Shown piece by piece: positions 1 through 7,098 of a DNA stretch of 12,847 nucleotides; the first letter of the stretch is position 1; every line of letters starts with the position of its first letter. A model generated the notes under the pieces. That model worked only from the letters and a program-made list of their open reading frames with translations. It was not told the DNA's origin and made no database searches. Source of the stretch: Candidatus Thorarchaeota archaeon (GTDB lineage: Archaea; Asgardarchaeota; Thorarchaeia; Thorarchaeales; Thorarchaeaceae); contig JAEOTX010000243.1 of the NCBI GenBank assembly GCA_016839605.1, forward strand, positions 1 to 12,847. Reading direction: 5' to 3'. Made by a program: the position numbers and the translations under genes.

Positions 1-146
1 AGTACGGCGAATACAGAACGAGAACAGGTTTCATCTTCCCATTTCTGAAGACAAGACATAGGGGATTGGAAGTCATCATCACGATTGTGGTGGCTGCGAT
101 TCTCCTCTTTAGCACTATCTACTTAGCGGAAGTCTTGCACCCATAG
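1..146 (+). CDS. 3' fragment of a membrane protein, probably isoprenylcysteine carboxyl methyltransferase (ICMT)/PEMT family with an extra C-terminal TM helix (partial, runs off the left edge)
   Basis: Frame starting at nt 3 reads YGEYRTRTGFIFPFLKTRHRGLEVIITIVVAAILLFSTIYLAEVLHP*, with stop TAG at 144-146. YxEYxxxTGxxxP matches the ICMT-family C-terminus and parallels EYSEYMKQSGRLFP in 11863..12501. Confidence 0.6.
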   Translation, partial: YGEYRTRTGFIFPFLKTRHRGLEVIITIVVAAILLFSTIYLAEVLHP

Positions 147-191
147 ATGCCATTTGGCTTACACAAAGGAGAGTCTAAGCAGCCAAGCTTC

Positions 192-1328
192 TTAGTGGGC
201 ACTATTGAGGTGATTCCTGATTGATTCAGCAACGACACACGCTGCCCTATCGTTTACTTTCATTAGATTCTTGGTGAATCCAAACCCCAATCTTCGAACT
301 GGGTCGGCAAATCCCAATGAGCCGCCGAACCCTGGGTGACCAAATTCTTCCCCGGATCGGCCCATTGCTCTGCTCCACTCCTGATTGACATCACCCCCAA
401 GAAAATACCCGAGAGATTTGGGTATCTGAATACCGTACACCTCGTCTGGGGATTCAGTTTGCAAAGCCCGAATCGAATTGACTCGCTCTTCAGATAGAAT
501 CCGTATTCCATCCAACACTCCAAGGCTAGCTAGCATCGCGTAATGGCGAGCAATGGCACGTGCGTTCATAATGCCGCCACATCCAGGGATAGAAGCCCGA
601 CGCACGTCAGGACGATTGACGACCTCTGCAGAAGTGACGTGTGGCGGAGTCACCCGCAGTGAAAGTTCTGTGGGTTCGGCTTCTGCTCCATCGGAAGTCG
701 GCTCTTGTTTGAGGGGCGCAACACGGTCTTCTACAGCCTCAGGAATGCCTAGATAAAATGAATCGATTCCCAGTGGCTGACAGACCTCTTCTTGAACGAA
801 CTGCGCGATTGGTCGACCATCGACCAGACGGATGATCTCACCAATTATCCAGCCGAAGGTCCAAAAATGGTAGCCGGTCCTCGTCCCTGGTGACCATAGT
901 GGCTCGTGTTCAGCAATGGCTGAGCACATGACATCCCATTCAGTCATCATCTCAGGAGTCACTCCTTCGGGCATGTGTGGAATCCCAGCTGAATGAGTGA
1001 GGACATGACGAACCGTGATTTCCTCTTTGCCACGAGCTGCAAACTCAGGCCAATAAGCCGCTACACGGGCATCGTACTCCACAAGACCACGGTCAACCAG
1101 TATGTGGAGACAGGTTGCGACAAAGCCTTTGGTGGTTGACCACGAGGTGAAGAGCGTATCGCCATTGACCTGCTGCCCGCTGACATCATCAGTGACTCCG
1201 GCCCAAGCATCGACTACGAGTTCGCCTTCAATATAAGCCGCCACCTGCAGGCCAATTTCCTCACCTGACTCCACCATTTCGTCTATGATTTTCTGCACAC
1301 GATCATTCAGCCCTTTTATCATTGACAT
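192..1328 (-). CDS. Serine hydrolase, beta-lactamase-related / family VIII esterase (EstA/EstB-like)
   Basis: SxxK motif (FTSWSTTKG), LTHSAG, PGTRTGYH catalytic Tyr region, and FGHPGFGGSLGFADP C-terminal motif. No signal peptide. Start moved to ATG 1328 (or 1322) because SD GAGGAG lies at 1338-1333 on the minus strand. Confidence 0.9.
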   Translation of the reverse strand: MSMIKGLNDRVQKIIDEMVESGEEIGLQVAAYIEGELVVDAWAGVTDDVSGQQVNGDTLFTSWSTTKGFVATCLHILVDRGLVEYDARVAAYWPEFAARGKEEITVRHVLTHSAGIPHMPEGVTPEMMTEWDVMCSAIAEHEPLWSPGTRTGYHFWTFGWIIGEIIRLVDGRPIAQFVQEEVCQPLGIDSFYLGIPEAVEDRVAPLKQEPTSDGAEAEPTELSLRVTPPHVTSAEVVNRPDVRRASIPGCGGIMNARAIARHYAMLASLGVLDGIRILSEERVNSIRALQTESPDEVYGIQIPKSLGYFLGGDVNQEWSRAMGRSGEEFGHPGFGGSLGFADPVRRLGFGFTKNLMKVNDRAACVVAESIRNHLNSAH

Positions 1329-1341
1329 CCTTCTCCTCAGA

Positions 1342-1490
1342 CCCATTTTGCACCACGAGCTCTGCACGCAGTCTTATATTACACCTAGGTTGATTATTCA
1401 TTATACATGATATTCGCGAATTGATCGCATCATACATCGATGCAGATCCCCGTTGGGGAGGCTGTTCAAGGAGTCCTTTGTTCTAGCGAA
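1342..1490. repeat. Copy 1 of a 149-bp diverged non-coding repeat (putative promoter + leader element)
   Basis: Aligns to 2205-2353 with two compensating 1-nt indels, about 108/149 identical by hand. Shared blocks include TTTTGCACCA, TCTGCACGC, TCTTATATT, ATATTCGC, CCCyGTTGGG and CTTTGTTCTrGCGAA. Confidence 0.9.
1372..1380. promoter_or_regulatory. TATA-like box (TCTTATATT / AATATAAGA), conserved in both repeat copies
   Basis: Identical 9-mer at 2235-2243. On the minus strand it sits about 45-50 nt upstream of the hydrolase ATG. On the plus strand it precedes the secreted-protein genes. Confidence 0.5.
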
Positions 1491-1581
1491 GCTCCATGTA
1501 AGAAAAAGACCAATGCACGGGTTGATTCGCGCAACCTTGTGTATCAGCTGATTGCTAAAAATTGTATGGGAGGTGAAAAGA

Positions 1582-2091
1582 CTGAAGAAACTGAGTTTGA
1601 CGAAACGATTGAGCGTGTCTCTCCTGATAGCCGTCTTCCTGGTGACAATAGTGGCAGCAGTACCGGTTGATGCTTTCAGGCACAGGTGCAGACCTATTCG
1701 AGGTGCCATGGACCTCATCTTCGTAGGGCGACCCTCTGAACCTGGAGAGCCAGGAAACTTGCTGGCGTGGGATGGAACAATCTGTGGTGGCATCAAGGGA
1801 AAGATGCTGTTCTGGAACACATATCTCGGGCCAGCGGAATTTGACCCGGACTGGACATACTTCACAGAGATCTGGCAAATCCTGCATCGCCGTACAGGAC
1901 GAGTGCTGTTGGAGGGAGTGGATGAAGGATATGTCACTCCTGAAGGGCGATATTTCATGTGGGGTAGAGTGACCGTCGCTTCGCATAGATATGCACGATA
2001 TATTGGTCATCGAGTGTTCATGTTTGGCGAAATAAACTGGGTGACCCCAATGGTAGAAGGCACCGCGCCTGGTACTTTCCTCCTGTTCTAG
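1582..2091 (+). CDS. Secreted hypothetical protein, beta-strand rich (possible dirigent/allene-oxide-cyclase-like barrel)
   Basis: Strong SD GGAGGTGA at 1569-1576 is followed 5 nt later by in-frame CTG 1582, giving a classic signal peptide MKKLSLTKRLSVSLLIAVFLVTIVAAVPVDA. The mature part is alternating Gly/aromatic strands (WDGTICGGIKG, YFTEIWQI, LLEGVDEG, APGTF). The ORF track start is TTG 1552. The fold is inference. Confidence 0.8.
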   Translation: MKKLSLTKRLSVSLLIAVFLVTIVAAVPVDAFRHRCRPIRGAMDLIFVGRPSEPGEPGNLLAWDGTICGGIKGKMLFWNTYLGPAEFDPDWTYFTEIWQILHRRTGRVLLEGVDEGYVTPEGRYFMWGRVTVASHRYARYIGHRVFMFGEINWVTPMVEGTAPGTFLLF

Positions 2092-2115
2092 GGTGTAATT
2101 GGAGTCTCGAAAACA

Positions 2116-2162
2116 GAGGTGTCTGGCTCAGTGCAAGGCACCTCAACTCTTATTTTCATTTT
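2116..2162 (+). terminator. Hairpin followed by T-rich tract; putative terminator/processing site after the 1582-2091 gene
   Basis: GAGGTGTCTGGC-TCAGT-GCAAGGCACCTC (2116-2144) forms a 12-position stem with one G-U pair and one mismatch, followed by TCTTATTTTCATTTT. Confidence 0.55.
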
Positions 2163-2204
2163 GTCGGGCCCTTTACCTACTCAATAATGCAAGTGTAGGT
2201 CAAT

Positions 2205-2353
2205 CCCGTTTTGCACCATGGTCTCTGCACGCGTTCTTATATTCCATCTATGATGTCATACATCTCAGATAATATTCGCATAATGATTTCATTGCCACAT
2301 TGATGGCGGCCCCTGTTGGGCAAGATGTCCACTGATTTCTTTGTTCTGGCGAA
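2205..2353. repeat. Copy 2 of the 149-bp diverged non-coding repeat
   Basis: See copy 1. This copy ends immediately before the SD (TAGGAGAGGAG) of the LamG gene. Confidence 0.9.
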
Positions 2354-2368
2354 TTAGGAGAGGAGAGA

Positions 2369-3391
2369 ATGAGAGAGAAAAGATGGATGGTGCTTGCTCT
2401 AGCAGTGGGCTTATGCATAATGTTGACATTGCCACTCTATGTAGATGCAACATCTACTGGTTGTATTGAGCCTTACTCCGGTTTGGTGAGTTGGTGGCCT
2501 GGAGATGGAAATGTTATTGACATTAAGGATGGAAATGATGGATTCCTGATGGGTGATACCACATTCGCCCCGGGCCTTATTGACCAAGCTTTCAGTTTCG
2601 ATGGTGATGGGGACTATGTCTGGGCTCCCAGCAACGGCATCTATGAGCTGCAGGAGTTGACGATTGAAACATGGGTTTGGATTGACGAATTGAAGTACGA
2701 AATGCAGCGATTCGTAGCACTTGAAGGAGCAAAAGCTGTGTTACGTCACGATGGAGTAACAGATTCCTGGTGGGCTGGCTTGGGTCAACTCCATTTCTAT
2801 ATGAATTTTGGAGGTGCTCCATGGCATGGCGAAGATGATCTTCGTGATATTCGAGTCAATAATGTCCTGGAAGAGGGAGTTTGGTACCATATCGCTGGAA
2901 CCTATGATGGAAATGAGATGCGTCTGTATCTTGATGGGGAGTTTCTAGCTAGTCATCAAGTGATTGGAACGGTATACAATTCTTGGGGCGTATATCTGAG
3001 CTGGCCTAATGAACCTCATGATGGGCTACTAGATGAGGTCTGCATTTACAACCGTGCTTTGAGCCTAGAAGAAATCTACGCAATCTATAGCGCAAGTGCG
3101 GCTGGCAAGTGTAAGGTATCAGTCCTAACTGCCGATCTACTCGATTTGATAGAAGAAATGAACTTGAAACAGGGCATTGACAATAGCCTCGATTCAAAGA
3201 TACAGCATGTCCAGGATGCTTTGGATGCCGCAAATGCTGGAAACAGAGGGGATGCTATCAACAAGCTCTACGCGTTCATCAATGCTGTTGAGGCTCAAAG
3301 AGGCAAGGCATTGACAGATGAACAGGCTGACATGCTAGTTGAAGAAGCCTTGCAAATCATCGAACTCATTGAGCTTTATCTTGGAGGGTAG
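2369..3391 (+). CDS. Secreted LamG/concanavalin A-like lectin domain protein with C-terminal FIMAH-like helical domain
   Basis: N-terminal signal peptide. Laminin_G_3-type motifs GLVSWWPGDGN, AFSFDGDGDYV, TIETWV, WYHIAGTYDG..MRLYLDG and LDEVCIYNRALS. C-terminal SLDSKIQ...AINKLYAFINAVEAQRGKALTDEQADML. SD AGGAG upstream. Confidence 0.88.
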   Translation: MREKRWMVLALAVGLCIMLTLPLYVDATSTGCIEPYSGLVSWWPGDGNVIDIKDGNDGFLMGDTTFAPGLIDQAFSFDGDGDYVWAPSNGIYELQELTIETWVWIDELKYEMQRFVALEGAKAVLRHDGVTDSWWAGLGQLHFYMNFGGAPWHGEDDLRDIRVNNVLEEGVWYHIAGTYDGNEMRLYLDGEFLASHQVIGTVYNSWGVYLSWPNEPHDGLLDEVCIYNRALSLEEIYAIYSASAAGKCKVSVLTADLLDLIEEMNLKQGIDNSLDSKIQHVQDALDAANAGNRGDAINKLYAFINAVEAQRGKALTDEQADMLVEEALQIIELIELYLGG

Positions 3392-3450
3392 AGGCCTAGA
3401 GTAAAGTCCTAGATTCTGGATTTGATAATCAACTGATAGGAGAGGAGAGA

Positions 3451-4992
3451 ATGAAGAAATATGTTCCAGCTATTTCTATAGCTGCGATACTAACATTGCT
3501 AGTGATGGCTCCACTTTTTTTGACATCTGAGCCTTACGCACTAGTTACGAAACACTTCGAATCAGAAGACATGAAACGAAATGCTGAATCTACATTAATC
3601 TCAATCGTCCCTGGTCAAGGTCCGGAAGTGGTCATGTATGAAGGCGATGACGTGACGCTTGTCTGGACTGTGATAATATTGGACGATATTGACGGCGGAG
3701 TCTGGTACATACAAGAGAACTATCAAATGGTCCTAGAGGGGCAATATTTGCACGGCCTGTCTATTCCTTATAGTATCCAACACCTTCCCGTAGGGGTTCA
3801 TACTATCGAGTTTGCGGCTTACGACAACTACAACCACATAGGGGATCCCGAAACTGATGCCGTCACAGTGACTGTCAATGCTGTTCCGGTCATTACCTTA
3901 ATCCCTATTCATGAACCAGAACTAGAAATTGAACTAGGACAGAGTGTTGAACTTGAATGGGATGTAATAACTGATGATTTTGAATGGGGATATTATCTGA
4001 TCTATGTGGATAATGTACTGATACAGTATCCTTTGCCCTGGCCCTGGGTATGGTTAGTCGACGAACCAATTCTGTTTGTTTATGATGATGCAGTATCAGG
4101 TTATCCACATCTTCTTGGATGGCATGAAATCAGATTATGGCTCTATGAACCAAGTGGGGACCTCCCCAATTGGCCTCCAGATGCCTTTGACATAACTACT
4201 GTACGTGTATGGCCAGAAGAGATTCCCCCGGTAATTACTCATGAAGACGATGTAGTTAAGTATGAGTGGAGCCCTGGAGAGCTTTCTTGGACAGCTCATG
4301 ATAGCGCGGGTTTTGCACCCGATGGCTTTCCGGACAAGTATGACATCATTGAGGATGGGGATAATGTTGAGAGTGGGGACTGGTACAATGGAGTCCCCAT
4401 TGAGTATTCCCTCGCACACCTCTCATTAGGACATCACACAATCTCCATTGTTGTCTATGATACCTGTGGAAATTCGGATTCTGACTCAGTAGAGGTAGAA
4501 GTTCTTCCACCCGGTGGAGAATTCATGCCCCTGATGCTCAAGCTCAGCGGCAGTTTCGATTACCTGCTTAAAGAGGACATACATCTGCAACTTGCCGCGT
4601 TCTTAGTAGACATTAGTACTGGAGACCCTGTGACAGGTGCAACCATCACAATCGACATCTATGATCCTGATGGCTCGACTTTTGTTTCTGAAAGCTTCGA
4701 GGAGGGTACAGATCCGGGTGTCTATGTCTACACCTACCCTGAAACTTTCAAAGATTCAAAGAAGGATTGGGTGAAAGGAATCTATATCGTCTATGCCCAT
4801 GCAACAGCTCCAAATGGAGCCGAAGCTGTAGACATGATCCAGTTCCATATTGATCCTCCAGGAAGTCAGGGACCGGATATAGTCATCCTTGCCCTTGGCG
4901 GATTCATTGGACTGTTGGTTTTGGACACTTTGATAGCTAGTCGCTATTTGTGGAAGCGGCGAGCCTCAGAAATTAGGAGGTTTCGAATGTGA
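3451..4992 (+). CDS. Membrane-anchored cell-surface protein with three Ig-like repeats, a further beta-sandwich domain and a C-terminal TM anchor
   Basis: Signal peptide MKKYVPAISIAAILTLLVMAPLFL. Three ~95-110 aa repeats share W, GxHxI and D.xxVxV. C-terminal hydrophobic helix IVILALGGFIGLLVLDTLIA is followed by basic tail WKRR. Confidence 0.8.
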   Translation: MKKYVPAISIAAILTLLVMAPLFLTSEPYALVTKHFESEDMKRNAESTLISIVPGQGPEVVMYEGDDVTLVWTVIILDDIDGGVWYIQENYQMVLEGQYLHGLSIPYSIQHLPVGVHTIEFAAYDNYNHIGDPETDAVTVTVNAVPVITLIPIHEPELEIELGQSVELEWDVITDDFEWGYYLIYVDNVLIQYPLPWPWVWLVDEPILFVYDDAVSGYPHLLGWHEIRLWLYEPSGDLPNWPPDAFDITTVRVWPEEIPPVITHEDDVVKYEWSPGELSWTAHDSAGFAPDGFPDKYDIIEDGDNVESGDWYNGVPIEYSLAHLSLGHHTISIVVYDTCGNSDSDSVEVEVLPPGGEFMPLMLKLSGSFDYLLKEDIHLQLAAFLVDISTGDPVTGATITIDIYDPDGSTFVSESFEEGTDPGVYVYTYPETFKDSKKDWVKGIYIVYAHATAPNGAEAVDMIQFHIDPPGSQGPDIVILALGGFIGLLVLDTLIASRYLWKRRASEIRRFRM

Positions 4993-6734
4993 AGTGGAAG
5001 TCTTTGTTGATATTCACAATCCTTGCAATTGGACTAATCCTAGTAAGTGTACCACCTACAAAAGCAGGTTCCTTACAAACCCAAGAATATCAAATAACAA
5101 CATCAGACCTTTACGAAACGAACCCTACACTCGGTAATGATGATGTTTCGGATTTGGTAGTATACACGGCGAAAGAACTCCTACCAGATGGCTCTTTGGC
5201 TCAAGGGGATATTTGGTATCAGCGGCTAGATAATACCGGAGCTCCAATTGATCCTGCAGTACAGGTGACCTCTAGTGATAGAGATGACCGATTCAGCGAT
5301 ATCAGCGGGGACTACATCGTCTACACATCCTATGACAGTCCAAGCTCGAAAACCGGCAAGATTATGGTCTATCAGATTTCAACGGATGAACACCATGAGG
5401 TTCGTACACATGAATACCTCAGGGAAGCGAGGATCGAAGGGAGACTGGTCGTCTGGCTTGAAGGAGATAGATTCTCAGCTCAGGTTATGATGTATGACAT
5501 AGCTTGGCTCGGATCTACTTTTGAGCCCATTCTAATCGCAGGACCCGATCCTTCAAATTACGACGTGGAAATCGGTGAGCGTTTCGTGGTTTGGGCGGAG
5601 TTTGTATGGTCCGAAATGTACAACCAATGGCATCATGATATCGTCGCATATGATCTGGAAAGCCTCATCCGCATTGAAGTGGCAACTGACCAGGGTCTCA
5701 ACGAGATTCTCCCTGAAACTAATGGACCGTGGATTGTTTGGTTTGCGAATGAAGTGGGCACCTATAAAACATGGATTAAAGCGAAAAATATGGATACTGG
5801 CGAAGTACGAGTTATTGCAGAACCTGTAAGTGAATATGAGGGATTCTTTTACCCATCGATTGACGGCGACCTTATTGCCTATGAATACATGACATGGGAA
5901 TTGGATCCTACTATAGAACCGATTATGTCTGACATCTACATGTATAGGCTTTCCAACGGGGAAATCTTCCAAGTCACGAATGACCCATATTTTGAGTACT
6001 TCTGTGACATCTTCGACCAAAGGGTCGCTTACGTAAGTGATAGATATGGCAATGAGGACGTGTTTGTGTCGACTTTCGAGTTTATCTATGAGGGCGACAT
6101 CTCCGTTTCGCCTTCAAACTATGACTTTGGCGATGTAGAACTAGGGACTGCAAGTACAACTATTGTAACTATCACGAATGTTGGAGAGGATTCACTCACT
6201 ATCAGTGATGTAGTCTTCTCCAGTGAAAGCAATCCCGACTTCTCCATCTCATACGCACCGAATCTACCAGCAATCATTTCTCAAGGAAGCACTATCGATA
6301 TTGAGATTACGTACACTCCTTCGGACTTCGGCGCTTCTTCAGCAATCCTAGAGATTGCTAGCGATGATAATGATGAACCAATGGTCATAGTAAGTTTCTC
6401 TGGAACAGGTGTTGAATACGAGCCTCCTCCTTCTGAACAGATATCTAACATCTTGGAATTCATTGACCAATCAGTTGAAGCAGGAACACTGGAAGGAGAT
6501 GGACCTGGCGCATCTGGCAAAGGACGCCTGAATGCACTACGAAACATGATTGAAACTGCAGGAAATCTCATCGATGAAGGCCGTATCGATGAGGCATGTC
6601 GGCAGTTGTGGAATGTATATAGGCGTACGGATGGCAATCCCCGACCTCCAGATTTTGTCACAGGCGAGGCTGCCTCAGAATTGGCAAGTCAAATCCTAGC
6701 ACTTCTGGATAGTCTTGGTTGGTCCGAGCCTTGA
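4989..6734 (+). CDS. Secreted beta-propeller (TolB-like / Methanosarcina surface-type repeats) + choice-of-anchor D (ASPM-SPD-2-Hydin-like Ig) + C-terminal helical domain
   Basis: GTG start overlaps the upstream TGA (GTGA), with SD GGAGG at 4976-4980. Signal peptide present. Repeats DISGDYIVY, IEGRLVVW, IGERFVVW, TNGPWIVW, PSIDGDLIAY, DIYMYRLSNGE. Ig domain DISVSPSNYDFGDV...ITNVG..LTI...ITYTP...ILEIASDD...SGTGV. Confidence 0.85.
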   Translation: MKWKSLLIFTILAIGLILVSVPPTKAGSLQTQEYQITTSDLYETNPTLGNDDVSDLVVYTAKELLPDGSLAQGDIWYQRLDNTGAPIDPAVQVTSSDRDDRFSDISGDYIVYTSYDSPSSKTGKIMVYQISTDEHHEVRTHEYLREARIEGRLVVWLEGDRFSAQVMMYDIAWLGSTFEPILIAGPDPSNYDVEIGERFVVWAEFVWSEMYNQWHHDIVAYDLESLIRIEVATDQGLNEILPETNGPWIVWFANEVGTYKTWIKAKNMDTGEVRVIAEPVSEYEGFFYPSIDGDLIAYEYMTWELDPTIEPIMSDIYMYRLSNGEIFQVTNDPYFEYFCDIFDQRVAYVSDRYGNEDVFVSTFEFIYEGDISVSPSNYDFGDVELGTASTTIVTITNVGEDSLTISDVVFSSESNPDFSISYAPNLPAIISQGSTIDIEITYTPSDFGASSAILEIASDDNDEPMVIVSFSGTGVEYEPPPSEQISNILEFIDQSVEAGTLEGDGPGASGKGRLNALRNMIETAGNLIDEGRIDEACRQLWNVYRRTDGNPRPPDFVTGEAASELASQILALLDSLGWSEP

Positions 6735-7098
6735 TGACCCTCTGAGGATAAGCCCATCGTGATCCGATAACTAAAACCATTGAATATCTCGCTGAAGAAG
6801 GAAAACGATGTATGTAGAATCAACCATAGATAGCGTTGCTAATGCAAATGTAGAGCAACCTAACGTGTATATATATTCTAATTGAAAAGCATCTGTGCCT
6901 TCACAGGATTCCTTGACTTCCTTTCATCGTTTTTGTTAAGAAGTCCCTCTTTCACTTCGCTTCAAAACAACTAACACAAGGGATAAATCAGAAGCATAGC
7001 TATGTATTGTAGCTAGCATTAGGATACTATGAAGTACAAGTGATATCAAATCCAATAGCCAAATCGATTCAGAGAATACTGCAAGCGACGCCAAGTGG

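Noticed and set aside
192-1328. Calling the hydrolase a true beta-lactamase (resistance gene)
   Set aside because: No signal peptide, and the motifs (YH, HPG) fit family VIII esterase-like serine hydrolases rather than AmpC (YxN, KTG).
1440-1670. 76-aa + strand ORF beginning inside repeat copy 1
   Set aside because: No SD, overlaps the secreted-protein gene out of frame, and the alignment of the two repeat copies includes 1-nt indels, arguing the repeat is non-coding.
1401-2010. Long antisense ORFs 1401..1958 (185 aa) and 1555..2010 (151 aa)
   Set aside because: They overlap the + strand gene that has a strong SD and signal peptide. Their composition is atypical (Ser/Arg/Cys/Gln-rich) with no motifs, so they are treated as shadow ORFs.
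1342-2353. Repeat pair as IS/transposon ends, att sites or a CRISPR array
   Set aside because: The copies are direct, ~28% diverged and only two. There is no transposase/integrase, target duplication or regular repeat-spacer period.
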